The translations under genes and the position numbers were made by a program. A DNA stretch of 64,000 nt from Nitrospirota bacterium. Lineage in GTDB: Bacteria; Nitrospirota; UBA9217. Of this stretch, positions 9,975 to 20,046 are shown one piece after another (position 1 is the first letter of the stretch; each line of letters opens with the position of its first letter). The notes under the pieces are model-generated. The model saw only the letters and a program-made list of their open reading frames with translations. It had not been told where the DNA came from and ran no database searches. The stretch spans positions 512,001 to 576,000 of the forward strand of contig CAVWHO010000016.1 of NCBI GenBank assembly GCA_963754875.1. The letters run 5' to 3'.

Positions 9975-10511
9975 ATGATGAAACGACGTCAACATATCTT
10001 CGCGGTCCTGGCCGTCATTGTATCTTTGCTCATCGGCTACGTTCTCTCCGTAAAAATGCAGGGAAATTTCCACACCATTACACCTGCGGAAGCATACCGC
10101 TCAGGCCAGCTCGGCAACAACAAACTGGCAGAGTATGTAAAGCAATACAATATCAGGAGCGTTCTGAACTTGCGCGGCAAACACGCGGGCGAGAGCTGGT
10201 ACGAAGACGAAGTGGCGATGAGTGCCAAACTGGATCTGACCCATTACGACGTCAGTCTCAGCTCGGACCATGAACTGACCGAGAGCGAGGTCCACCAACT
10301 GATCGATATTTTCCATACGGCCCCGCGCCCGATTCTGATCCATTGCCAGGCTGGTGCAGACAGATCAGGGCTGGTTGCTGCAATGTGGAGAGTGGTCATG
10401 GACAAAGAGCCGAAGGACAGGGCGGCACAACAGCTCTCCCTCTGGTACGGCCACATTCCGATCGGTAGCACTCGTGCCATGGACCGTTTTTTTGAAAAAT
10501 GGAACCCCTGA
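9975..10511 (+). CDS. Cys-based (tyrosine/dual-specificity) phosphatase with N-terminal membrane anchor
   Basis: HCQAGADRSG (CX5R), YRSGQL, VLNLRG. Confidence 0.85.
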   Translation: MMKRRQHIFAVLAVIVSLLIGYVLSVKMQGNFHTITPAEAYRSGQLGNNKLAEYVKQYNIRSVLNLRGKHAGESWYEDEVAMSAKLDLTHYDVSLSSDHELTESEVHQLIDIFHTAPRPILIHCQAGADRSGLVAAMWRVVMDKEPKDRAAQQLSLWYGHIPIGSTRAMDRFFEKWNP

Positions 10512-10564
10512 CCCGGATAAGACCGGCGAAGCTTTTAACCGCGGAGATCACAGAGACCGCGGAG
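10511..10564. repeat. Intergenic miniature repeat (related to 52025-52150)
   Basis: ACCCGGATAAGACCGG followed by the 9-nt-periodic AACCGCGGAGATCACAGAGACCGCGGAG. Confidence 0.4.
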
Positions 10565-10617
10565 GGGATCAAAAGAACCGGTTTTGATTTTTTCGTAATG
10601 TACGATAGGAGTAATCC

Positions 10618-11841
10618 ATGAAAGTCGACACGATGCGGAACGTGGACTATTATGCCGGCGTACCGCTCTGCTTTGCCTTAACAGTTATTAAAAAAATCTT
10701 TTCTTTTTTTTCCTCCAAGGGGACAGGCCCCAGGCCGGCAAACATTTTACTGATCGAGATGTCGGAAATGGGGAGCACTATTCTGGCGGACCCGGCGATG
10801 CGAAAACTGAAGCGCGTCCTGAACGCCAACCTCTACTTCGCGATCTTCAGGAAAAACAGCCCCAGCCTGGAACTCCTCGGAACGGTCCCGAAAGAAAACA
10901 TCTATACCATTGACGACAGCGGTCTCCTGCCTCTCGCATCGGACGCCTTCAAGTTCCTCTTCTGGACGCGCAGAAATCGGATCGACGCGGTCATTGACAT
11001 GGAACTGTTCTCCCGTTTTACCGCTCTTTTGACAGGTCTGTCCGGCGCAAAAAAGACCGTGGGTTTCCATGCGTTCTTTAACGAGGGGCTGTACCGCGGA
11101 GATTTGCTGACCCATAAAGTCGCCTACAATCCCCACCTGCATATCTCGAAGAACTTCATCGCACTCGCCAATGCACTCATCAGCGACAAAGCCGAGTTGC
11201 CTTTTTCGAAGACACATATCTCAGATGGTGAGATGACGCTGCCGAAAGTCAGCGTCGACGAAGGAGCAAAAGGGACGATCCGCCGAAAAATCAAAGGCGC
11301 CTGTCCTGATTACGACGAAGGCAGACACAGGATCGTTCTTTTTAATGCCAATGCTTCCGAGCTGTTGCCGATCCGCCGCTGGCCGCAGGAAAACTACATC
11401 TCACTGGTCCGGATGATCCTCGAGCACTACCCGAACGTCGTCATCCTGCTCACGGGTGGCAAGAGCGAGCGGCACGGGCTGGAAGCCATCACGAGTGCCG
11501 TTCAAAGCGATCGCTGCGTCAACTTTGCAGGCCACACGAGCCTGTCCGATTTGCCCGCTCTCTACTCGGTGGGCGCCTTCATGCTCAGCAATGATTCCGG
11601 ACCGCCTCACTTTGCCTCGGTGACCGACATGCCTACGTTCGTATTTTTCGGGCCCGAGACCCCGAAGCTCTACGGACCGCTGGGCAATGCCACACCGATT
11701 TATGCCGGCCTGGCCTGTTCGCCCTGCGTCTCCGCGGCAAACCATCGCAAGACCGCGTGTACGGATAATGTTTGCCTGCAAGTCATTACGCCTGAACAGG
11801 TCTTCGACATTCTCAGGCCTAAACTCGAAGAGATAAAATGA
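10618..11841 (+). CDS. Glycosyltransferase family 9 (LPS heptosyltransferase-like)
   Basis: RRWP, SNDSGPPH, FFGPET, CSPC motifs. Confidence 0.88.
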   Translation: MKVDTMRNVDYYAGVPLCFALTVIKKIFSFFSSKGTGPRPANILLIEMSEMGSTILADPAMRKLKRVLNANLYFAIFRKNSPSLELLGTVPKENIYTIDDSGLLPLASDAFKFLFWTRRNRIDAVIDMELFSRFTALLTGLSGAKKTVGFHAFFNEGLYRGDLLTHKVAYNPHLHISKNFIALANALISDKAELPFSKTHISDGEMTLPKVSVDEGAKGTIRRKIKGACPDYDEGRHRIVLFNANASELLPIRRWPQENYISLVRMILEHYPNVVILLTGGKSERHGLEAITSAVQSDRCVNFAGHTSLSDLPALYSVGAFMLSNDSGPPHFASVTDMPTFVFFGPETPKLYGPLGNATPIYAGLACSPCVSAANHRKTACTDNVCLQVITPEQVFDILRPKLEEIK

Positions 11842-13301
11842 ACGCGCTCGCACGCTGGTACGACGAGAACCGCGCGGCTGCCTGGATCATCGCCGCATTC
11901 ACCGCCCTTCGACTTGCCGTCGCGCCGACGTTCGGGCTCGGCACTGATGAAGCGCACTATGTTCTCTATGCGCGTTTCTTGGACCTGAGTTACTTCGACC
12001 ACCCGCCGCTCGTGGGCTGGACCCACGCATTGTTCTATTACACGCTGGGCACGAATGAATTCCTGGCACGCTTGCCGGCGATCCTCCTTTTCGTCGTCAC
12101 GTCGTTTCTCTGCTATCGCTTCGTCCTGTCCGTGAGCGGAAAGAGGCCTGCGCTGCTCGCCGTCGTTGCCTTGAACAGCTCCTTTCTGCTGAGCGGGCTC
12201 GGGCTTATGCTGCTGCCGGAATCCCTGCTTTTGCCCATCGTCTTCGCGCTCATCTTCACGGTCTTGCGGCTCGAACGTTCGCCTGATCTCAAAAACTTCA
12301 TCCTCCTGGGGTTGGTGCTCGGCCTCGCCGGCCTTGCCAAGTATACGGCCATTCTATTCGTACCTGCCATCCTGATCTACGGATTGATGAGGAAACGATA
12401 TGACATCCTTTTGAATCCCCGTCTGCTCATATCCGTTGTTGTCGCCCTGGTCGTAATTTCGCCGGTGATCTATTGGAATGTGCACACTGACTTTATAAGC
12501 TTCCGTTACCAGAGCGGCCATGTGGTCGGCGGGCATATGCCGAACTTCACGAAGTTTTTCCAGGGTCTCGGAGCCCAGTTCGGGGCCTACAGCCCACCCT
12601 TCTTCTGCCTTTCCTTTTACGGGCTCTACAAGGCTTTCAAAAGCCGAAGCGGTGCTTTGCTGTTGGCCGCCCTCATCGGCTCCGTGTTACTGTTGTTCTT
12701 TCTCTACTCGTCTCTCTTCAAATTCGCGCTGCCCCACTGGTCAGCCGTCTTTTATGCGCTCTTTGTTCCCCTTGGCGTGGCCTTCCTGGACCAGAGCCAC
12801 GTCAGTATGAAACAGGGAATCCTCGTATTCTCCATCGGATTCAGTGTCCTACTCGCGCTGGTGCTCCAGGCGGAGCTCGGAGTCAAGGCATTTCGTTTTC
12901 CCGACTATAAGTCCCCGTTCCGAGATATCTACGGCATGCCGGGCACAGTCAAGCGCGCAAATGAGATCCTGGCCCAGGACCCCTCTCCCAGGAAAGCGCT
13001 TGCTGTCACGAACTGGACCTATGTCAGCCGCACGATGTACTACAATATCCCTTACAAAAGCGGCGTATTCCTGCTCGGCAACGATGATGAGCGGTTTACG
13101 TCTTGGTATTCAGGCTCACCCTTGGGCGCGGACATCCTCTTCATCACCAATCATTTCGAGCGGCCAGATATTAGCCGGGAAATGAAGTGCAGTGATGTGA
13201 GCGACGCAGGGCAGATGGACATCCTTCTACACGGGGGCAAAGTTGATACGATCGATTATGTCTGGTGCAGGTCCTTCAACGGGGTAAATACCAATAGATA
13301 A
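11838..13301 (+). CDS. GT-C membrane glycosyltransferase (GT39/ArnT-like)
   Basis: DEAHY, YFDHPPL, GLAKYT; multi-TM; ATGA overlap with the upstream gene. Confidence 0.88.
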   Translation: MNALARWYDENRAAAWIIAAFTALRLAVAPTFGLGTDEAHYVLYARFLDLSYFDHPPLVGWTHALFYYTLGTNEFLARLPAILLFVVTSFLCYRFVLSVSGKRPALLAVVALNSSFLLSGLGLMLLPESLLLPIVFALIFTVLRLERSPDLKNFILLGLVLGLAGLAKYTAILFVPAILIYGLMRKRYDILLNPRLLISVVVALVVISPVIYWNVHTDFISFRYQSGHVVGGHMPNFTKFFQGLGAQFGAYSPPFFCLSFYGLYKAFKSRSGALLLAALIGSVLLLFFLYSSLFKFALPHWSAVFYALFVPLGVAFLDQSHVSMKQGILVFSIGFSVLLALVLQAELGVKAFRFPDYKSPFRDIYGMPGTVKRANEILAQDPSPRKALAVTNWTYVSRTMYYNIPYKSGVFLLGNDDERFTSWYSGSPLGADILFITNHFERPDISREMKCSDVSDAGQMDILLHGGKVDTIDYVWCRSFNGVNTNR

Positions 13302-13555
13302 GAATTCCTCCTTTTTCTCTTCGAACATTTTCAGCACGAACCAGCCACCCTCCAAATAAAACTATCAGATATTTCAGAAGATTTCGGAATTAAAGCTTAA
13401 TATACTCATGCACCTTACGTACCCTCTGTAAGACATCCTAAAGTCGTTTTTGCACATAAAGTTACAATCTGAATTCGTTAGCGTCTATTCCATAAATACC
13501 TACTCGACATCGCGTGCTACCGTGCAATCTATAAGATTATTTCCCAAATTCACCC

Positions 13556-13582
13556 TATAGTTTCAGCCTGAGTTGCCGATAA
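13556..13582 (+). promoter_or_regulatory. Sigma28 (FliA) promoter
   Basis: TATAGTTT-N11-GCCGATAA, one mismatch to TAAAGTTT-N11-GCCGATAA. Confidence 0.75.
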
Positions 13583-13608
13583 AATAGATAGACAAAAATG
13601 CATTATTA

Positions 13609-13857
13609 ATGGAAAGAAAAATCATGGCTGATGCAAATTCAAGCATAGTTTCCGGACAACCTGCTTATCGGCCGCAACAAGTGGCTACCCAGCAACTAAC
13701 AACTCAGGGAACCTCCCCTCAGCCCAAGGATGATATTGTAGCTATCTCGGCTCAGGGCAGACAAGCAGTACAACAACCCGCCCCTTACTCGCCAACTGAG
13801 GAAAAGAACGAGTCTTATACACAGAAGATGATAGAGACCCAGGCTGGTAAGAAGTAG
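13609..13857 (+). CDS. Small hypothetical protein, Q/P/T-rich, with D-x-V-x-I-S motif
   Basis: ORF directly after the sigma28 promoter; DDIVAISAQG recalls flagellar-regulon small proteins. Start may be 13624. Confidence 0.6.
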   Translation: MERKIMADANSSIVSGQPAYRPQQVATQQLTTQGTSPQPKDDIVAISAQGRQAVQQPAPYSPTEEKNESYTQKMIETQAGKK

Positions 13858-14005
13858 TTGTTTTGAGAAAATTGGATTTTTTAGTAAGCACATCAGCCAA
13901 TCGGTGTGCTTATTTTGTATCAGAGCTGACCCTGTTGAAACTTGTAGCACGTAGTCTTTAAAATATTTTACAAATCAGCATTAACTAAAGTTGCTAAGGA
14001 GACTT

Positions 14006-14869
14006 ATGAAAAAAAAATATCTTGTCAGCACCTGCATCAGTATTGTTCTTCTCGTCTTTATCGTGCTTCCACCTGTGGCTCAGGCACAGGAACCGCTGAT
14101 TTTCGGATTGCCGTCCTTCGTCTCAGCAACAGATCTGTACAAGCGCTTCAGCCCGCTTGCCGATCGTCTGAGCAAAGATTTGGGCAGACCCGTCAAATTC
14201 CTCACGGAAGTTGACTATGAGGCCCATTTAATGAATTTAAAAAACGGCGATTTGGACATCGCATTTCTGGGACCGGCATCTTATGTCTCGTATACCAAAC
14301 GCTTTGGGAAAGTTCCGATCCTTGCGGTTTTCGAAACGAATGGCAGCAAGACATTCAAGGGGTTTATTGTGGTACGGAAGGACAGCCCGATTACCGAGTT
14401 GTCGCAGCTCAAGGGGAAAAAAATCGCTTTCGGTGATGTCAAGTCGACAATGGGCCACATTGTGCCGAGGTACATGCTGCTGAAAGCCGGTATAGACTTG
14501 AAGCAACTCGCCAATCACCAGTTTCTCGACAATCAGGAGAACGTAGCGCTGGGCGTCTTGTCCGGAAATTTCGATGCTGGAGCGCTAAGAGAAGATATGT
14601 ATAACCACTACACACAGGAAGGCCTGAGGGCCGTGGCAATAAGCGAGCCTATGCCGGATCATCTTTTTGTCGCCCGTGCGGGCCTGCCCGATGATACTGT
14701 ACGCAAGATCTCCAAGATCCTTTTTTCGCTGAAAGACACCGAGGAAGGAAGACAGGTCCTTCGTTCCGTGCAGAAGAGCTTGACCGCTCTCGTGCCCGGC
14801 ACAGATGCCAACTATGATCCTCTCAGAAAAGTTTCTGATGCTCTTGCGAAAGTGGGGATAAATCCTTGA
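14006..14869 (+). CDS. PhnD-like phosphate/phosphite/phosphonate-binding periplasmic protein
   Basis: Signal peptide; DIAFLGPASYV, LKGKKIAFGDVKSTMGH, VLSGNFDAG. Confidence 0.85.
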   Translation: MKKKYLVSTCISIVLLVFIVLPPVAQAQEPLIFGLPSFVSATDLYKRFSPLADRLSKDLGRPVKFLTEVDYEAHLMNLKNGDLDIAFLGPASYVSYTKRFGKVPILAVFETNGSKTFKGFIVVRKDSPITELSQLKGKKIAFGDVKSTMGHIVPRYMLLKAGIDLKQLANHQFLDNQENVALGVLSGNFDAGALREDMYNHYTQEGLRAVAISEPMPDHLFVARAGLPDDTVRKISKILFSLKDTEEGRQVLRSVQKSLTALVPGTDANYDPLRKVSDALAKVGINP

Positions 14870-17394
14870 CTCGGTTCCGCCATCCACTTGTCCTGGGTGT
14901 ATTCATCGCGGTGCTGTTTTGTTTTCTCGTCCTTTCCGCGTTCCTGCTGGCCTACCAGCAGCGGACGCTGCTGCGTTCGAATAGCTATCAGGAAGCAATA
15001 CACGATCTCGATCTTATGGCTGACGCCTCACTTGAAGCGCTCCTTAAATCCGACTTTGTCACCGTGCGGACATTTCTTGAGCGATGGGGAAAGAATTACA
15101 AGAAGGTTCATATGCTCCAGGCAGTGTCGCCAAACGGCTTTGTGCTGGCAGAATATAAAAATCCAGCTCCGGAGTCGGGTGAAACCTTTATGCTGTCTAA
15201 AAAGATAGAAATCGGAAAGGCAGAACTGGCAACACTGTACCTCGAGGGAGATTATCATAATACCGATATGCTTGCGGCACATCTGAGGAACCGCTTGGCC
15301 TTGGGGGCCATTTTCATTACGGTGATGCTTGGATTTTCTCTATGGTCCCTCATCCAGAAAATGGCAATGGCGCCGCTGGCGGAGGCGGTCGAGGAGAGGA
15401 CCCGTGCTCTATCGGTCGCAAATCAGGAACTTGAACAGGAGATTGCGGAACGTCAGCGTGCTGAGGAAGCGCTCAGGGAACACGAGCAACACATTACCCT
15501 GCTCTTGAATTCAATAGCCGAGGGCGTCTACGGCGTCGACCTCCAAAAAAACTGCGTCTTCTGCAATCCGGCTGGGCTTCGACTCCTCGGCTATGAGCGA
15601 GTAGAGGATGTCATTGGAAAGAATATCCACCAGCTTATCCATCATACGAGGCCCGATAACTCACCGTATCCCCATGAGGACTGCAAGGTCTTAAGGTGCT
15701 TTCACACAGAAGAAAACATTCATGTTGATGACGAGGTGTTCTGGCGTTCCGACGGAACCAGCTTTCCCGTTGAATACTGGGCGCAGCCAATCATTCGCGA
15801 TGGAGCTCCAATCGGCGCGGTTACTGCTTTTGTCGACATCACTGCCCGCAAGCGGGCGGAGGAAGAGCTGCGCAAGAGTGAAGAGCGTTTGCACGTAATT
15901 CTTGAATCAACCGACGACGGTATCCTTGCAGTCAACGCTTTGGGAAAAACAATTATGAAAAACAAGAGATTCGCTGCTCTTTGGCGAATTCCTCAGCCGC
16001 TCATTGATTCCGGTGATGACAACGGCATGCTAAATTGCATGCTCGAACAACTTACGAACCCCGACGGATTCCTCTATAAGGTGAAGGCCCTGCATAACAC
16101 AGCAGAATTCGGCAAGGACATAATCTTATTTAAGGATGGCCGCACCTTTGAAAGATATTCAGCTCCCATGCTTTATGAAGGTGCTGTGATCGGCAGATTA
16201 TGGTCCTTCCGGGACATCACAGAAAGGCAAAAACTTGAGGACCAGCTTCGCCAAGCTCAAAAGATGGAATCTGTAGGGACTCTTGCCGGGGGCATTGCTC
16301 ATGACTTCAATAACATCCTGACCGCTATCATCGGGTACGGGCATATCGCACTCATGAAATTGGAACCCGATAATCTCCAGAGGCAAAATATTATGAATAT
16401 TCTTGCGTCTGCGGATAGGGCCACCTATCTTACCCAGGGGCTGCTTGCCTTCAGCAGAAAGCAGATGAGCAATAAGAAGCAGGTCGATCTGAACGATATC
16501 ATGAAAAAGATCGAAAATTTCTTAAGGCGAATAATCGGTGAGGACATCGAGTTTGTTACGAATCTGCATAGCACATCTCTGCCGGTTTTCGTCGATGTGA
16601 ACCAGATCGAGCAGGTCTTGATGAATCTTTCAACAAACGCCCGTGACGCAATGCCAAAGGGAGGGGTCCTTACCGTTGCGATAGAAAGCGTCCACCTTGA
16701 CGATGAGTTCTCAAAGCGCCATGGCTTTGGAAAAAACGGTTTTTACGGCATGATAACCGTATCTGATACAGGCATCGGCATGTCAAAGGAAATCCAGAAG
16801 AGAATGTTCGAACCATTCTATACGACCAAGGAAGTCGGAAAAGGCACAGGACTAGGACTGTCAATCATATACGGTATCGTGAAGCAGCATAATGGTTTCA
16901 TTACGGTGGACAGCGAACCCGACAAGGGAACGACCTTCAGGATGTACCTGCCGATTATCGAACCTGCTGTCAGCGAAAGTATAACGACCGAACAACCCAT
17001 AGGTCCCATGAGAGGAACTGAGACGATACTGTTGGCAGAAGATGAGGAGACGCTTAGGGAATTGATGAGATCGATGTTTGAAGAATTTGGGTACGAAGTA
17101 ATTGTCGCCGTTGACGGCGAAGATGCAGTGAGAAAGTTCGCGGAGAACAAAGATCGAATTCATCTTTTTCTTTCGGACCTTATCATGCCAAAGAAGACCG
17201 GCAAAGAGGCCTATGATGAGATCAGAAAGATGCGCCCTGACATCAATACAATCTTTATGAGCGGATATTCTCCCGATGTAATCAGGGATAAGACAGCCCT
17301 TGGAAACGGAGCAACCATCATCTATAAGCCGATATCTCCGATGGACCTTCTGAAAAGAGTACGAAGTGTCCTGGATGAGTTCAATAAAAAGTAA
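14866..17394 (+). CDS. Hybrid sensor histidine kinase (TM, PAS x2, HisKA, HATPase, receiver)
   Basis: LAGGIAHDFNNIL, EPFYTTK..GKGTGLGL, C-terminal receiver; TTGA overlap with the upstream gene. Confidence 0.92.
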   Translation: MTRFRHPLVLGVFIAVLFCFLVLSAFLLAYQQRTLLRSNSYQEAIHDLDLMADASLEALLKSDFVTVRTFLERWGKNYKKVHMLQAVSPNGFVLAEYKNPAPESGETFMLSKKIEIGKAELATLYLEGDYHNTDMLAAHLRNRLALGAIFITVMLGFSLWSLIQKMAMAPLAEAVEERTRALSVANQELEQEIAERQRAEEALREHEQHITLLLNSIAEGVYGVDLQKNCVFCNPAGLRLLGYERVEDVIGKNIHQLIHHTRPDNSPYPHEDCKVLRCFHTEENIHVDDEVFWRSDGTSFPVEYWAQPIIRDGAPIGAVTAFVDITARKRAEEELRKSEERLHVILESTDDGILAVNALGKTIMKNKRFAALWRIPQPLIDSGDDNGMLNCMLEQLTNPDGFLYKVKALHNTAEFGKDIILFKDGRTFERYSAPMLYEGAVIGRLWSFRDITERQKLEDQLRQAQKMESVGTLAGGIAHDFNNILTAIIGYGHIALMKLEPDNLQRQNIMNILASADRATYLTQGLLAFSRKQMSNKKQVDLNDIMKKIENFLRRIIGEDIEFVTNLHSTSLPVFVDVNQIEQVLMNLSTNARDAMPKGGVLTVAIESVHLDDEFSKRHGFGKNGFYGMITVSDTGIGMSKEIQKRMFEPFYTTKEVGKGTGLGLSIIYGIVKQHNGFITVDSEPDKGTTFRMYLPIIEPAVSESITTEQPIGPMRGTETILLAEDEETLRELMRSMFEEFGYEVIVAVDGEDAVRKFAENKDRIHLFLSDLIMPKKTGKEAYDEIRKMRPDINTIFMSGYSPDVIRDKTALGNGATIIYKPISPMDLLKRVRSVLDEFNKK

Positions 17395-18382
17395 AGTAAT
17401 ATGTTCTGTCGGTTTATGTGGTGTCAGATCCTTCTTGAACTCTGCATGTATGATATATTGTGAAAGAATGCACACAAGGTCTGAAGCTGCCGAAGTTTCC
17501 ATTAATGGCAAAACTTAAAGTTTGAACCCGTATTCTGCAGCACAGCACATCTAATCATTTTCCCCTTACGACATGCCTGTACAATATCATTGACGTAAAT
17601 TTATTTCAGACTTTGAAATGCTGCAATAGTCTTCTGAAACCGCTTCTCCTGTTTTCAAGCCTGAGTAGCCCAAGCAGAACACAAAGATTATTTAGACGGC
17701 GCTTTCGTCTTCCTGACGCATGACTGTTGCTCATGCGGCTAAAGTATTCAGCGCAGTTTCCTTTCTGAATTCTTCATCTGAAAAATTTTCTTTCTATGGT
17801 TCAAGTGACAACTTATATTTAATAGAGTATATTTTATTTAGGTGTACGTATTATGTAAACTGACAGGCCATAAATCTCATGAATACAGTTCTTTTCAAAA
17901 ACTAATACCATTTGAAGTATACAGTCAACGGTGCTTCCTGAATCATTGGAGTTGCCATTCCGTGCAACAGCGAACACTTTATCCCGTATCTGACAATGTC
18001 TCTACTCCCAAAATACCCAATCGCCAGCGTTAATGTAGCTGCGCATCAGGCGATGCGATTAAAGCGTTTACTTTTAATTTACTTTCCTCTTATACAAAGT
18101 CCGGCATAGGTAGTATTTTCGAGTAAAAGGTGCTAAGGTTAATCAGGAGAAATATTGTATAGATGATGAGAAGATGTGATGTAAGGCTGCTAATTGTATG
18201 AGGTCAAGATGCTTGAGACGAGACCTTAAGGGGAAATATAATAGAAGGATAAAGGAATTATGTCTGAATCGCTGCATGATATTGGTAGTGTAGTTTTTTA
18301 AATGAGCTGCCTAGGAAGGTGGTAAACTATGGAAACGATAGATGATAGGACTAAGGAAATGACGAAAGAGCGGCTCATAAAT

Positions 18383-18468
18383 AGAGCAGGCATCGTATGG
18401 CAAGGATAGGGAAAAAGTGTAAAGAGGTCCCCGATAAAATGGAATGGATCGCCATTGCTACGATGGGC
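18383..18468 (+). repeat. Degenerate direct duplication of the RBS and first ~24 codons of the downstream gene
   Basis: AGAGCAGGCATCGTATGGCAAGGATAGGGAAAAAGTGTAAAGAGGTCC...GCCATTGCTAC versus the copy at 18581-18666. Confidence 0.9.
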
Positions 18469-18594
18469 GATAAAGTTGCTTTTTTAGTTACATCGCCCAA
18501 AATGTCCCATCAAGGTTATTGACTCAGTCTCCACATTGATAATGGTGTCATCTGTGCTAATTTTAAATAGTTCCGCTCAAAGAGGAGGCATCGT

Positions 18595-18981
18595 ATGGCA
18601 AAGATAGAAAAAAAGTGTAAAGAGGTCCTCGATAAAACAGAATGGATCGCCATTGCTACAGTAGGCTCTGACGGGCCGCATCTGGCTGGCACCTGGGGGG
18701 AATACGTCAAGGCGCTCGGTGTGATTAATGACGACACGCTTCTTGTTCCTATCGGTGGATACATGAAAACAGAAGATAATCTCGAGATGAATAGTAGGAT
18801 AGAATTGCTCTGCGGCACCAGGCAGGTTCAGGGAAGTCATGGTCCGGGCAAGGGGTGCAGGATCAGGGGAACGGGGCAGATTCAGAAATATGGCGAACAT
18901 TTCGAAGCGGCAAAGAAACTATTTCCCTGGGCGAGAGGAGTCCTGGTTATTAGAGCGGAAGAAGTCTACGAACAGCTCTAA
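18595..18981 (+). CDS. FMN-binding split-barrel protein (pyridoxamine 5'-phosphate oxidase-like)
   Basis: AIATVGSDGPHL..TW, GYMKTEDNL, GSHGPGKG resemble the Desulfovibrio FMN-binding protein; strong RBS. Confidence 0.8.
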   Translation: MAKIEKKCKEVLDKTEWIAIATVGSDGPHLAGTWGEYVKALGVINDDTLLVPIGGYMKTEDNLEMNSRIELLCGTRQVQGSHGPGKGCRIRGTGQIQKYGEHFEAAKKLFPWARGVLVIRAEEVYEQL

Positions 18982-19680
18982 CGCCAGCGCTGATGTTGTC
19001 CGTATGACGTGATAGATCCTGGTTGTAACGTATGGTAGCGAATACCTAGGGGCGATTCCATGGTTGCCCGGCTTTGAAAACTTGATTGCGAAACAAATAT
19101 ACACCTTGAACTATTTAACATAATATCCGTGATAACGGGAAAACAGATGGCCCAAAAACAATCGCCGGTGGACATCCGTCAAAGGAAGCCAATAAAAGAT
19201 TAAAGCGCAATAAGCTCCCTATTGCTGGCACAGTCGCTAAGAGCGCCGGGGCAGCAAAATCGTCATCCAATCTCAACCAGCCAAGGGATAAAGTGTGCAC
19301 CCCTGAATAAGACCGATTGGAAGAGAAAACAATTCCGATTGATGTTTACCATAATTCCTAGCCAGTGGCCGACAAATCTGCTATTTTCAGGATGCAATGA
19401 AGCATATTTGGTTGTAAATTTAATGTATCGAATGCATCCTGTACTAGTGAAGATTCCGTAAATAGTCTATAGTTCATCTCGAAGTTTTGCATAATAATGT
19501 TATGGTCCTTAATTTTACCGTTTCCTCTTGTTTTGCGCGTAGTCGGAAATGGGCTATGTAGACGTTAAAAAAACTCTCTCCTTTTTTCTTTATATTTTCG
19601 CATCAATCTATTATACTTTCGTAGTCTAAAAAATTCCTAACAGAGAATATCTCGATTTTTACTAGTGAGGCCGAGGGGCA

Positions 19681-20046
19681 ATGAAAACAGTGCTTTTCAT
19701 TGATGACGAAGAGGAATGCCTGAAGAGTCTTGGTGCAATTATGAACCACCTTGGTTACCATGTCATCGCACTTCCCGACGCCAGGGATGCACTCGCTGTT
19801 GTTTTGCGCAAAGAAACAACTATTGACCTCGTAATCACTGATTACAACATGCCGGAAATAAATGGATTACAGTTCCTTATTTTGTTGAAGCGAATACTTC
19901 CATCTGTTCCGATAATCATGCTAACTGGATACGGCGATGTTGGAACCTATTTGAAAGCGATTGGCCTCGATGTTTTTGAGTTTGTAAATAAGCCAATCGG
20001 GCCAGAGGAGCTGGACAGAATAATTAAAGCTGCTTTGTTAACTTAG
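19681..20046 (+). CDS. Single-domain response regulator
   Basis: LFIDDE, ITDYNMP, MLTG, NKP. Confidence 0.88.
   Translation: MKTVLFIDDEEECLKSLGAIMNHLGYHVIALPDARDALAVVLRKETTIDLVITDYNMPEINGLQFLILLKRILPSVPIIMLTGYGDVGTYLKAIGLDVFEFVNKPIGPEELDRIIKAALLT

Noticed and set aside
13609..13857. Calling this gene flgM
   Set aside because: It lacks the conserved C-terminal sigma28-binding segment and there is no flgN context.
19130..19300. Possible c-di-GMP riboswitch or sRNA
   Set aside because: No GEMM consensus elements could be matched.
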